Assembly: GCF_004010195.1 (NCBI RefSeq)
Contig: NC_057718.1
Coordinates: 24,957,199 to 25,021,198 of the forward strand
Direction of reading: 5' to 3'
DNA: 64,000 nt
From: Chiloscyllium plagiosum
Lineage: Eukaryota
A program made the position numbers and the translations under genes. Shown here one piece after another: positions 1-12,913 of this stretch. The notes under the pieces were generated by a model that worked only from the letters and a program-made list of their open reading frames with translations, was not told where the DNA came from and did no database searches. The stretch's first letter is position 1. Each line of letters begins with the position of its first letter.

Positions 1-193
1 TGCCAGAATACTGGTCCCTAACCTATTAAGGTGCAAGTCGTCTCTCTTGTAGAATTTATGTTTACCACAAAATATACCCCAGTGATCCAAGAACTTAAAT
101 CCTTGCTTCCTGCACCAGTTCCCCAACCACACGTTCAAGTCCATTATCTCCCTGTTTCTGGCCACACTAGCCCGAGGAACTTGAAGCAAACCG

Positions 194-415
194 GAGATAA
201 CCACCTTGGACGTCCTGCTTTTCAGCCTTCTTCCTAGTTCTCCGAAGTCTCGCTGGAATCTTCAATCTGCAATTTGAGAGGGAGAGGGTACAGTCGGAAG
301 TGACGAGATAACCACCTTGGACGTCCTGCTTTTCAGCCTTCTTCCTAGTTCTCCGAAGTCTCGCTGGAATCTTCAATCTGCAATTTGAGAGGGAGAGGGT
401 ACAGTCGGAAGTGAC
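194..415 (+). repeat. Perfect 111-bp tandem duplication (194-304, 305-415)
   Basis: Two identical copies of gagataaccaccttgg...cagtcggaagtgac. Confidence 0.95.
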
Positions 416-2433
416 AGTACTTCTGTTGAATAAAGCTTTGGTCTTTAGTGGCAATTTCAATATGTCACTGATGTCTTCTTTGGAAAAGGACACTGTGGAA
501 ACTACGACCTTTCTTTCAAGATTCTTTATCTGCTATAGGAATGTAGACAGTGTGCCTGTAGTGACTGAAATGAGGTCAGCCAGCTGGACTTTATAGAATA
601 TGAGTTCTTTGACATGGGCTGTTAATCTGGTCTAATAAGGGAGCCCTGGCTGACAGATTAAAAAGAGGAATGTCAGAGATTCTCGCACTCTGAGAACTGA
701 CTCGGAAGAGGCAGTACTTGAGTCAAGGACATTTCATTTGTAAATAAAGGGTGACTTGATGACGGGATACTGGCCCCAGTGGAGTTATTCCAATGGCAAT
801 GAAAGTAAAACTCGCCCAGGAAGAAACGTGCTCATGTTTGAGTTGGGCTAAGCAATTCTTACATCATGCTTTTGTTCAGGTAGCTTGACCCTGTTAAACT
901 GGGCCAAACTATGCAGAAAAAATGTGTTATTTTTTCCTGGCAAACAACATTGTGGCAGATGAAAAGCAGTGAGAATTCTCCTGACAGCCTAGGGGGTGGC
1001 AGCTTTTTCTGTTATTAGAAGCCTAACTTTCCCTGAGGCACCAGACCCTAAAACCTTTCAAGAATTGACAGGCATAGTTAAGGAATATTATGACACCAAA
1101 CCTCCTCTAATTCTGAGATGCTATCATTTTTACTTGGCAATTAAAAAATCAGGGGAATGTGTGTCTATAAGACAACAGGCAGAAGCATGTGACTTTTGTT
1201 TAATGAGATGCTGAGAGACTGTTTAGTATAACTAACTATGCAAAACGCCTATTACTCAAAGTCCAACAGGCACTACAACTGGTTTTATCATTGGAAAATG
1301 TGGCAAGTTGCAAGGTATTCTGATGGAAGTGAACATCCTTGGCAGGCCGACTGAGGGTGAGGAACACCATTTGAGTGCAGACAATTGCACAACCTCACTC
1401 AGGATATATTCTGAATGGAGGGACTCGTGGTCAGCCCACAGAAAGACCCCAAAACGAAGCCAAGCTTTGGTCAAACAGTTAAAATTATCTACAGGGTCCT
1501 GGCCAGCAAGCCATTGTAGTCACTGTCAGTGTAAAAACACAGGATAGCAAAAGAGTCCTCCTCAATCTAAATTGAGCAAGGTAACTCATAGGTCAGTATC
1601 CAGGAGAGTTCATATCCTGGAAGATCAAACACATCTGGTTTGGAACAGTTAAATTGTTTAGCAACATCCAAATCAGAACCAATCAAAGTAAACGTCTAGT
1701 TGAAGGGTCATCCAGTTCTAATGGAGGTTGATACTAGCACGGCCATATCACTGATTGCAGAACCAGTTTTCAATACAATTCGATCTGGAATCCAGCTTTG
1801 TGCAAAACCTCAGCTAGACTGAGAACCTATTTCAGAGAACCTTTACAGATTAAGGATACATCTGTTCCGGTCTCTTATGAATAGCAGCAGGTTCAAATAC
1901 CGGTGATTATAGTAAAAGGCTCAAGTCCCAGCTTGATAGAGTGAAGTTATTGCAAGAGTTTCACCAAGATTGGCTCAACATTTTTCAATTAGAAACTAGC
2001 TGCCTGAGTGAAGTCCTAATTAAATTCCTGGAGGTCTTCTCAGAAGGTCTCGGGAATATCAAAGGAGCCAAGGCCACTTTGCATATTGACCCAAAACAAT
2101 TCCATAATTTTGTAAGGCCCAGTGCTATTTGCCCAACAGGCAAAAGTAGAGGCAGAAATCAGAAGGCTGGGAAGTGAAGGAATCATCAAACCTGTTGCAG
2201 AATGAGTAGTATCCGGCATACCAATTTTGAAGCCCAATATGTCCGTTTGCTTTTGTGGGGATTTTAAACAAACAGTAAACAGTTTTCACAATTGGATAAA
2301 TACACAATCCCTCACATAGAGGATTTATACGCAAAGCTTGGGGGGGAGCAGGAGGGGTGCCTTTCAATGAAGCTGGACAGGAATAATGTGTACTTACAAT
2401 CATTAGACACAAATTCCCAGGTTAATACAATTA

Positions 2434-2856
2434 CAGGAGAAAGTGAGGACTGCAGTTGCTGGAGACCAGAGTCAAGAGTGTGGTGCTGGAAAAGCACAAC
2501 AGGTCGGGCTGCATCTGAGGAGCAGCAGAATCAATGTTTCAGGCATAAGTTCTTCATCAGGAATCCTAACATCCTTGTAAAGAGAGGAGGATAACTTCTT
2601 CAAGATAGGCATCCTTGGAAGTGCAGTAAGGTTATAACGACTAGGAGAAAGAGAGGACTGCAGATGCTGGAGATTAGAATCGAGAGTGTGGTGCTGGAAA
2701 AGCACATCAGGTCAGGCAATATCCGAGGAGCAGGAAAATTGACGTTTCGGCCATAAACCTGATGGTTCCTGATGAAGAGCTTTTGCCCGAAACGTTGACT
2801 CTCCTTTTCCTCAGATGCTGCTTGACTTGATGTGTTTTTCCAGCACCACACTCTCG
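2434..2856. mobile_element. Non-autonomous Penelope-like mini element (tandem pseudo-LTRs plus an inverted arm, hammerhead motifs) inserted in the Gypsy RT
   Basis: Direct repeats start at ~2434 and ~2643, with an inverted arm at ~2765-2856. TSD ACAATTA at 2427-2433 and 2857-2863. Removing the insert restores the RT motif TINTHK. Confidence 0.8.
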
Positions 2857-4914
2857 ACAATTAATACCCATAAGAGTTTGCACCAATAAACAAGGCTGCC
2901 ATTTGGGCTGTCGTCAGCAGATAATAGAAAACATTTTGCAAGGTGTACCAGAGATCACCATTCATCTAAATGATGTGCTAATAACAAGGAAATCAAATAA
3001 GGAACATTTAGAGAATTTATAGTCCTAAGGCATTTTTCCAAGGAGGGAAACGTGTGCTCCAGGCTGCTCAAGTGACCTATTTGGGCTACAGAGTCAACAA
3101 GACCATGTTACACCTGCCAGAAGATAAAGTGAGGGTGATTAAAGAAAGGTACCCCGGCTACCACGTCTGTACCAGAGCTTATGTCTTTCCATAGGCTGAT
3201 GAATTATTACAGAAAGTTCATACATAACCTGGCTTCCATCCTGGTATCTTTGCATTAACTCCTAAAAGAGGGTCAGCCTTGGAAATGGTTGCATAGACAA
3301 GCCATAGCTTTCAGTGAAGTAAAGAAACAGCTATCACCCTTTAAGATGTTGGCACGTTATGATACCAAGCGAGATCTGGTATTGATATGGAATGCTCTCT
3401 GTATGGCATCAGGGTGGTTTTAGATCACAGGTGGCTCAATGGCAAGGAATGCTCAACAGCATATGCATCTAGGACTTTGACTAATGCAGAGCTTAAATAC
3501 CCCCAGATAGAGAAACAAGAACTGGCAATGATTTTTGGAGTCAAGAAGTTCCATCAATAACTTTATGGACAAAAATTTGTGATTTTAACAGACCACATAC
3601 CCGACTTGGTCTGCTTAAATAGGATAAGGCAGTGCCATCCACAGCTTTGGACCACATTCAGCAGTTGGCTCTAATTCTAAGTGCTTATACTTTATAAGCT
3701 AGAACACTGTCTGAAAGGCCGAGTAGTGAATACGGAGGCATTGAGCTGCCTCTCACTGGTAGATACACCACTGGTGGTATCCTGTGAAAGAGTCTGAAAT
3801 GGTATTACATTTTCTGGACACACTCCCAATCACAGCTGACAATATCAGACTTTGGAAGCAGAAAGATCCACTCTTGTCAAAACTGAAACAATTGGTGGCC
3901 ACAGGCGAAACCGAAGAGCTGTTAGACCTAAAATTGAACCCTTTTTGGACGTGGAGACACCAGCTCACAGTAGAGAACGGCATATTGTTATGGGGAGTGA
4001 CAGTGCGTGTTCCAAGCAAAGGTCACAGCCAAATTCTGGCTGAGCTGCTCCAGAGCCACCCAGGGGTCTGCAAAATGAAGATGTTAGCAAGAAGTATGTC
4101 TGGTCACCAGGTTTGGATACAAACTTAGCCACGTTAGTGGGGCAGTGCCTAAAGTGCCAACAAGGACAAAAAGTACCACCAGCCACTCCCCCATCCACAG
4201 GAATGGCAAGTTAAACCTTGGACTCAGTTGCACTTCGACTCTGCTGGCCCTTTCATGGGGTCAGTGTTCTTGGTTGTTGTAGGCACCCACTCAAGTGATT
4301 CAACGTGCACAGAATCAAACACAGGGACGATGATAGAAAAACTGTGCATATCTTGTTCAGTACACAGACTTCTGGAAGTGCTTGTCACATAAAATGGGCC
4401 ATTATTAACCAGCAGAGATTCTGTATATTTCCGAATGTTGAATAGGATTTGGCATATAAGGACAGCTACATACCATCCATCATCCAATGGTCTGGTAGAA
4501 AGAGCAGTCAAAACTTTGAAGGCAGGCTGAAAGAAAGAGCCGACAGCCTGTCCCGGTCCTAACTTGATTACTGGACCACCCCAAAAGTAACTACAGGGAT
4601 AGCACTGGCAGAGTTGCTAATGGGTGGAAGACTCTGCACCAGGTTAAATCTCACCTTCCTAGATGTGCCGGGAAGGATGGGGGAGGTGAAACTGCATCAG
4701 AAAATTCACTGCCGGACCCAGGACTCTGCCAAGCAAGAGAGACAGTTTACTACAGAGAATGAAGCTTGCTTTAGGAAACACAGGAATGGACCTGCATTGT
4801 TCACCTGGCTGACAGGTACAAAATGTGTCAGGGATTCTGGCACTCTGAGGGCTGACTCTGAAGAGGCAGGATTGGAGTCAAGGACTTTTCATGTATATAT
4901 AAAGAGTGACTTGG

Positions 4915-5433
4915 CTGAATTGAATTGAATTGAATTTATTTTCACATGTACTAAGGCACAGTGAAAAGATTTGTCTTGAGAGCAATACATGCAGATCACG
5001 TAGTTTACCAGCATAGATAAGTAAATAATAGATAACAGCAGCAAAAACAAAAACACAGGTACAGGCGAATGTTAAGAGTTTGTGAGTCCATTCAATATTC
5101 TAACAACAGTAGGGTGGTGTCTGTTATGAAACCGGCTGGTGCGTGTGTTCAGGCTTCTGTACCTTCTTCCCAGTGGTAGAGGTTGTAGATAAACATTGCC
5201 AGGGTGGGATGAATCTTTGAGAATACTGGCAGCCTCTCCTTGACGGCGGGCCTGGTAGATGGACTCTATAGGTGGGAGGTTGGCCTTTGTGATTGTCCGG
5301 GCTGAGTTCACCACTCTCTGTAACCATATCCGATCTTGAGTGGTACAGTTGCCATACCAGGTAGTGATACATCCAGACAAAATGCTTTCGAAGGTGCACC
5401 TATAAAAATTGGCAAGGGGTATTCACCGTCATC
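4915..5433 (-). mobile_element. Rex1/Babar-like LINE 3' fragment inserted in the Gypsy 3' LTR
   Basis: ORF remnant CITTWYGNCTTQDR..LQRVV..RYRSLNTRTSRF with an (ATTCA)n tail at ~4915-4935. Confidence 0.8.
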
Positions 5434-6462
5434 TTGTAATGACGGGATAACAGGATCTGTGGTGACGGGATAACAGGGTCTGTGGAGTTATTTCAGTGCC
5501 ATCTTACATGAAGATAGAGAGAGAGAGGAGTGTGGAATGCAGCAGTCTCTTCTCACAGCTACTGATGGTATATCCTTGATCTGCACAGTCGAAGCTTGGT
5601 TGATCACCCGACATCCCTCTCCCACTGGAAGGTTGAAAATCTGTTTTCCAAATGGAGCTTTGATTACTTTACTCTGTGCAGCTTAGCTTTGTCATGGTTT
5701 CTTACCACCAGTGGATAAGATTTTAAAGTCCTGTTTTTAAATATTTGCATCCTGTAAGGTTTTCCATCGGCATCTTCAAATGAGACAGGATGAAAGATGT
5801 TCACATATCACCATGGAAGCCTTTGTTTACAAGGTATTCTGTTGACAAAGAATGAAATCTTCCCAGCCACTGAATGATGTGGGCAATGGCAAGAGAATTG
5901 GGAGAGTGAGTGAGGTGGACTGTGACAAGATTCTTGACGTTGAGATCAGTACTTCTTCCTTGACTTGCCTTTTAGCACAGAAGCATAATCAGGCAGCTTT
6001 TCATGTCTTCCAGCAGGCAAGGGGCTGGACATGTTGCTGTACAGTGCTGTACCAAGTCAATCCTAAAATTACACCATGTGTCAGCAACCAATGCAGCAAA
6101 CACACTGCATGTACATTAAACAAATGACCATGATTCAAAGTCTCAGAGGGGTAATACTCAGTCAGCCCAAGGGAGAAGGTTCCAGCACAGTAAGTCAAGA
6201 GCATCTGGAATCCGATCAAGATCACTCGCACCCTGTTGTGCCTTGTCATTGATGCTCAGCAACAAATTGATACCATACAGGCACAGTGCAGAGGCAGTGG
6301 TGCGAGTTCTTTAAGATAGCATGAGAAATCTCACAGAAAGAAGCGGTTCATGAAACTTGCTAAAATTGACACTTAGCCGATTTCCGGTGGAAATTCAGCC
6401 CGAAGTGTGTGATAATTGTTTTAGTAGGAACCCCAATGCATAACAGTTCCTTGGTTTCAGTA

Positions 6463-6669
6463 TTTGTGATTTTGAAGTGTCGGTGTTAGACTGGAGTGGA
6501 CAAAGTTAAGAATCACACAACACCAGGTTATAGTCCAACAGGTTTATTTGGAAGCACTAGCTTTCAAGGCACTATTTCTACAACCACCTGATGAAGACGC
6601 AGCGCCTCGAAAGCAGGCGCTTCCAATTAAACCTGTTGGACTATAACCCGGTGTTGTGTGATCTTTAAG
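6463..6669. mobile_element. Fold-back Penelope-like pseudo-LTR insertion with hammerhead motif
   Basis: Inverted arms (atcacacaacaccaggttatagtccaacaggttt / aaacctgttggactataacccggtgttgtgtgat). CTGATGA...GAAA at 6588-6612. 12-bp TSD TTGGTTTCAGTA at 6451-6462 and 6670-6681. Confidence 0.85.
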
Positions 6670-7164
6670 TTGGTTTCAGTAACCTGTCTTGTTTTCAACA
6701 AGTTCAGCATCTGTCTCAGATCAGTGAATTAAACTGTAATGATACCGTGAAACAGTAAAAGATGGACCTTTACCTGATGATCACTTGTGATTCAATCGAA
6801 GCGTTTACATTATGAATGTAATTCTTTTATGTTTCATAACAGGTTTGTTGAAAAAAAACTATTTGATTGTATTCAGTTTATTTGCACTTATTTACACAAT
6901 ACCATTCTGATATTTATAGCACAACAGCATAAATATAAGTGTATTTCAATGATAGTCAGATAAAGCTCAGTTATCTCAGTCACTTAACTAAATAGGACAC
7001 ATAATTATAAAAATAGGCCATTCAGCTAAGTCAGAAACACTGCCTAACAGTTACTTGAATGTAGCAGTTTTGAGAAACCTCAGCACACTGATGAGCAGAA
7101 CGGAAGAAAATCAGTTCAAATCTCAAATTTCCCATCGACCGAACTTCTAATCTCCATCAATTTG

Positions 7165-7642
7165 TTAAAGGATGTGAACACAATGCAGAGAGCGCAAAAG
7201 CGATTTGCAAGGCTGATTCCAGGGATGAGAAATTTCACTTATAAGGGTAGATTGAATGAGTTGAGACTGTCCCCCTGGGAGAGAAGTAGGCTGAGAGGTT
7301 TTGAAAACCATGAGCAAGTTTGTTCGAGCAGATAGGGAGAAACTGTTCATGCTCATTATTGGATCATGACTCAGACAGCACAGATTTAAAGTGATTTGGA
7401 GAAAGGAACAAATGAAATGTGGGAAAAGCTTTAGGGTATGGAATGTACTGCCTGGAAGTGAGGTGGAGGCAGGTTCAATTGAGGCATTCAAGAGGGTATT
7501 GGAATGGTTATTTGGGTAGATATGATGTGCAAAGGAATTGGGAAAAGGCAGGAATCAAGCAGTATATAATGATGTTCATATGAAGAGCCAGCATAGACAC
7601 AAGGGGCAAAATGGCCTCTTTGTATTGTAACATTTCTGTGAT
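7165..7642 (+). mobile_element. CR1-like LINE 3' fragment (decayed)
   Basis: Degenerate CR1 ORF2 C-terminus and 3' UTR, similar to other copies in the window. Confidence 0.7.
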
Positions 7643-7849
7643 AATTGTGAAGTTTTTCGTTGAAGGTGACCATCTCCCCATTGTTACAACCATCAGGCTT
7701 GTCCACAACATGGTCATTGAACTGAATTAATAAAACTTGTTTAACCTCTCTTTAAAATTTGAAATGGTTTAAGTTGAAGTAGATGAGCAAAGCTTTTCTT
7801 TAAACAGGATGGTTATTTTGTTCAGTAATTTTAGGACCCAAGCAGTTTC

Positions 7850-8235
7850 TTCCATGTCATTACCCCAACCCCCACACATCAGGCCCTGTAGTCACATGAG
7901 CTGCTACCATCTCCCTCTCACTGTCAACCACTAATGGACCCATTAGCAGCTACTGATTCTCTCAAGCTGACCTTTACCCATCTGTCCACTTGTAATCTTC
8001 TCCATCCGGGCTTCATCTCCACCTATCATTTACTCCTATCCCTCCGCTCCACTACATCTTCAGCAAAAATAGCAACATTTTCCTATCTATAATCAGTTCT
8101 GGAGAAGGATCATTGGACCTGGAACGCTAACTCTTCTTTCTCTCCACAGATGTTGCCAGACCTGCTGAGTTTTCCAGCAATTTTTGATTTTAATTTCTTA
8201 TTTCCAGCATTCATACTTTTTTTTTGGTTATTTTA
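7850..8235 (+). mobile_element. Old Penelope-like 3' end / pseudo-LTR with degenerate hammerhead (8096-8131)
   Basis: gttctggagaaggatcattggacctggaacgctaac followed by the cacagatgttgccagacctgctgagtttttccagc tail shared with 10807-10989. Confidence 0.6.
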
Positions 8236-8505
8236 TTACAAGCTATTAATGAAGTTTAATTAAGAAAATAAGGTAAAGCAATCAACTGAAAAAAGGTTTC
8301 AAAATTAAAATAAGTGCAGATAGGACAAAAGAGTACTGACAGGAATGCCCCTGTCAGAGGGCTCTGCTATATCAATGAGGCATGTTGCTTGAGTTCCTTG
8401 TTGCTGAAGCAAAGAAACCTTGAACTCAGATCCAGAAAGTGCAATGGCTTTTATAGTTAGAGTTTCCTTCAATCAGTAGACACAGTAGGACAGCAGATTT
8501 TGGGA

Positions 8506-8780
8506 GTCATAGAGATTTACAGCATCGAAACAGACCCTTCAATCCAACTCATCCATGTCGATCAGATATCCCAAATTAATCTAGTCGCATTTGCCAGCAC
8601 TTGGCCCATATCTCTCTAAACCCTTCCTATTCATATGCCTTTTAAATGTTGTAATTGCACCAGCCTCCACTATTTCCTCTGGCAGCTCACTACATACACA
8701 CACAATCTTCTGTGTGAAAAAGTTGCCCTTTAGGTTCCTTTTAAGTCTTTCTCCTCTTACCCTAACCTATGCCCTCTAGT
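8506..8780 (-). mobile_element. CR1/HER1-like LINE 3' fragment
   Basis: Matches the family at 18158-18705 and 42390-43040. Confidence 0.8.
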
Positions 8781-9204
8781 CTGCAGGTTGGCACTTTCAG
8801 TTGCCCGGTTATTCTACAAAGCTTTCTGAAGATGGGTATTTCTCGTACGGTTCAAAATAGAATCTCTCTTCAACCAGGAAGCTTGTATTTTTGTGTGATT
8901 CTTCATTGGCAGGTAACGATTACAGAACACATGTCATCTTCTGAAAAAGGTGTTGATGTTCTGAAAAAAAGCTCTTTCCCACCTGGGGATCTTAGCATTA
9001 ATCTGCATCTAATGCAAATTCTCAAAGCAAGTCTTCATTGGAATGTCATTATGTCCCAGATAAAAATCTTCATGTGACTGGAATGCCTCCCTGTAATCTA
9101 CTTTGAGCTTGTGGTTTATAGTCAGGTAACTTAGAGAAGCCATATCAAACATTTTTGTGTCCAGTCACAGTCAGAATAATGTTTTTAATAAGTATCCTCA
9201 AACC

Positions 9205-10335
9205 TTGCTTCCTGTAAAGACTCTATTCCATTCCTGGACTATCTCCATCTCCGTCACATTTGTTCTAATGATGCTACCTTCCACAGGAGGGCCTCAGAAA
9301 TTTCTATCTTTCTTATCAGCCAAGAACTCCCCACTACCGTGATTGACAGGGCCTCTAACCATGTCTGACCAATTTCCTGCACTTCTGTCCTCACTTTTCC
9401 TCTTCCCTCCTGCAACACCGATAGGGTCCCCCTGGTCCTCACTTTCCACCCCACCAGCCTCTGCATTCAAAGAATCATAAGCTGCATTTCAGCCACCTTC
9501 AATGGGATGCCGGCACCACCAAAAACACATTCCCCTCCCCTCCATTGTCAGCAGCGACCATTCCTTCTGGGACACCCTAGTACACTTCTCCTCCATTCCT
9601 AGCCACCTCCCTACCACCCCCCCCCCCAACCCCCATTGGCACTTGCCCCTGCTATTGCAGAAAGGGCAACACTTGCCTATTTACCTCCTCCCTTCTCACT
9701 AACCAAAGATCCAGACACACCTTCCAAGTAAATAGGTGATTTATCCAACATTTACTCAATCTATTCTGCAGTATTTGCTGCTCACAATTTGGACTCCTCT
9801 ACACTGGGAAGGTGAAGACCTGACAATTGCTTTGCAGAATACCTTTGGTCTGTCCATAAAATGACCCTGGGCTTCTGGTTGCCTGCCATTTCCACACATC
9901 CCTTGGCAATATTTCTGTCTCAGGCTTGCTGCAGTGCTAAGTGAGCCTAGGCATGAGCTGGAAGAACAGCATTTTCAGTTTTAGAAGCGGAACTATTTGT
10001 TCGATGCCATTTACCCACCCCCATATCCCAGGCCTGTCATGACATGGACCATTTTCAGCAAAGCCAACCCATTTTCACCTACTTATGGTCCCCATCACGA
10101 GTTTTTCTTTTTCCATGGCATACAATCATCCTTCTCTTTGTCTCCCTAACTCTTGCCCTCTCTCTCTGGGCTCTATCTGCTCACTCCTTTCCCTCCCATA
10201 CCCACAAATATCGCATATATGCCACCTTTTCCTAACTACAATCCGTTCTGAAGAATGACCTGAAAGGTTAATTCTGCTTTCTCCCCTCAGACGCTGACAG
10301 ACTTGCTGACTTTCATCGACAATTTCTGATGTTGT
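9205..10335 (+). mobile_element. Decayed Penelope-like (Neptune-type) element 3' portion
   Basis: Frameshifted RT C-terminus and GIY-YIG-like segment (~9760-9815), ending in a pseudo-LTR with a degenerate hammerhead (gttctgaagaatgacctgaaaggttaa, ~10245-10271). Confidence 0.65.
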
Positions 10336-10564
10336 TAAATGGTAGCCTTTAAAACACCTTTTCTCCAACAACTATCAGAACACAACTATGCAATGGTGAC
10401 AGTCACAGAGAAGAAGATATTGGGAATCCGAATTGATGCTATTTCAGGATACTTTTGACAATTCTTTGCCAGCATAAAGAGTTAGAACCAAAAATCTTGA
10501 GTAAGTGATATTGGATATTGCATGCAGTACAGCATAATGAAAAGAGCTTTTTCTCCTGCATAAA

Positions 10565-10742
10565 GCTGAAAATGTGTTGCTGGAAAAGCGCAGCAGGTCA
10601 GGCAGCACCCTCTTCAGGAAAAGGGCTTATGCCCGAAACGTCGATTCTCCTGTTCCTTGGATGCTGCCTGACCTGCTGCGCTTTTCCAGCAACACATTTT
10701 CAGCTCTGATCTCCAGCATCTGCAGTCCTCACTTTCTCCTCT
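10565..10742. mobile_element. Fold-back Penelope-like pseudo-LTR insertion
   Basis: Inverted arms gctgaaaatgtgttgctggaaaagcgcagcaggtcaggcagca and its reverse complement. Flanking duplication TGCATAAA(G). Partial hammerhead GGGCTTATGCCCGAAACGTC. Confidence 0.85.
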
Positions 10743-10806
10743 TGCATAAAGGGTGAACATCAGTAACAAACACAATGCACTTAAAAACAAATTAAGCAAG
10801 ATTGCA

Positions 10807-10989
10807 ACAAAAATAGAAATTGCTGGAAAAGCTCAGCAGATCTGGCAGCATCTGTGAAGAGAAGTCAGAGTTAACATTTCAGGTCTGGATACCCTTCCTC
10901 AGAACTGGAACTCAGATGCTGCATGATGAGCTTTTCCAGCAACTTCTGTTTTTCTTTCTGATTTACAGCATCTGCAGTTCTTTCAGTGT
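10807..10989. mobile_element. Fold-back Penelope-like pseudo-LTR insertion (second family)
   Basis: 15-bp TSD TTAAGCAAGATTGCA at 10792-10806 and 10990-11004. Minus-strand hammerhead motif at 10870-10905. Confidence 0.85.
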
Positions 10990-11589
10990 TTAAGCAAGAT
11001 TGCATCAGTTTGCTTACACAATCAGTTCTAGTTAATGGCTTTTATACTAATTAAAAAAGCATTGTCATCAGTTGAAGTACCTTGTAGGATTCTTTGGAGG
11101 TTGATTTTAGACAACCAATCAAAAGGTCAAGATAAAAGTGTCCGATTAATTTTAAACACTCGATTGTACAATTAACCTAACCATAACACTGCCAACATGA
11201 TCCATGAATCACATTCATCCCTGACAGTTCCAATCCTAAATTAGAGGTAACTTTGAGTATAATATAAAGGCAAAGGGACAACTTTAAACCTTTATAAATC
11301 ATTGGTGTAGCTCCAATTAGAACGTTTGATACCTTACTTGAGGAATGCCAAGGTTTCAAATGAAATTCACTAAATTATCAAGGGTAAGATATTTCATTTA
11401 TGAGAAAGAAAAGCAACTTGTTTTCTAAACATTCAAACTAAAAGGGTCAAGATCACAATATCCAAGACAATGATGGATAATGACGAGTTAAATAAATTGG
11501 AAAATTATCTATTGTCTGTTACTCAGTTAGTGCAGGGCATAATAGAATTTTAGGGTGTAGGTTTGCTCGCTGAGCTGTAGGTTTGATAT

Positions 11590-11630
11590 CCAGACCATTT
11601 CATTACCTGGCTAGGTAACATCATCAGTGG
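11590..11630 (-). ncRNA. Hammerhead motif, inverted copy with altered stem III
   Basis: Same as 12914-12953 but GAAATGGTC instead of GAAACGTC. Confidence 0.7.
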
Positions 11631-12913
11631 CGACCTCCAAGTGAAGCAAAGCCATTGTCTCCTGCTTTCTATTTATATGTTTGTCCTGGATAAGGTTCCT
11701 TGGTTTGTGGTGATGTCATTTCCTGTTCATTTTCTGAGGGGTTGATAGATGGTATCTAGATCTATGTGTTTGTTTATGGCATTGTGGTTGGAGTGCCAGG
11801 CCTCTAGGAATTCTCTGGCACGTCTTTGCTTAGCCTGTCCCAGGATAGATGTGTTGTCCCAGTCGAATTTTGTAGATGGCGTTGGTTTTGTCCATGGGTT
11901 GTATTGGGTCTTTTAAGTGGGTTAGTTTTTGTTTGAGAGTGCTGGTGGATTTGAGTGCTACTAGGATTCCGAGGGGTCTTAGTAGTCTGGCTGTCATTTC
12001 TGAAACTTCTTTGATGTATGGTAAGGTGGTTAGGTTTCTGGCTGTGTTTGGTCTGGTTGTCATGATTTCCTGGATGTCACAGTCGAAAGAAAGGACAACG
12101 GAGAATTACAAACCTGCGTATACAGAAAACCGACAAACACTGACCAAATACTTAACTACACCAGCAACCATCCCAACACACACAAACAAAGCTGTATCAG
12201 AACACTATTCCAATGAGCCACCACACACTGCAGTACAGACGAACTTCGGAAAACAGAGGAGAACCACCCATACAATGTATTCAAGAAGAACAGATACTCA
12301 AAAAATACAGTCTGCAGATTCCTCAAGAACAAGCCACGACAAGCAGACCAAACACAGCCAGAAACCCTAACCACCTTACCATACATCAAAGAAGTTTCAG
12401 AAATGACAGCCAGACTATTAAGACCCCTCGGAATCCTAGTAGCACACAAACCCACCAACACTCTCAAACAAAAACTAACAAATTTAAAAGACCCAATACA
12501 TCCCATGGACAAAACCAACGTCATCTACAAAATTCCATGCAAGGACTGCCACAAACACTATGTAGGACAAACAGGAAGAGAGTTAGCCACCAGGATACAC
12601 GAACACCAGCGAGCCACAAAAAGACACGACCCTCTCTTCCTCGTAGCCCTACACACAGATGAAAAAAAACACCATTTCGACTGGAAGAACACATCTATCC
12701 TGGGACAGGCTAAGCAAAGACATGCCAGAGAATTCCTCGAGGCCTGGCACTCCAACCACAACGCCACTAACAAACACATAGATCTAGATACCATCTATCA
12801 ACCCCTCAGAAAATGAACAGGAAATGACATCACCACAAACTCCAGGAACCCCATCCAGGACAAACATATAAATAGAAAGCAGGAGACAATGGCTTTGCTT
12901 CACTTGGAGGTCG

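Larger units (their letters stand above)
557..5495 (+). mobile_element. Decayed Ty3/Gypsy (Mag-like) LTR retrotransposon with nested insertions
   Basis: 5' LTR 557-792 (TGTAG...TTCCA). The 3' LTR ~4804-5495 is 5'-truncated and split by a LINE. 5-bp TSD GTGCC at 552-556 and 5496-5500. Frameshifted gag, protease, RT (CGDFKQTVN, DKYTIPHIEDLYAKL), RNase H and integrase (HPGVCKMK, YHPSSNGLVERAVKTLK) remnants. Confidence 0.92.

Noticed and set aside
167..493. 108-aa ORF with an internal repeat
   Set aside because: Consequence of the 111-bp tandem duplication; no other coding evidence.
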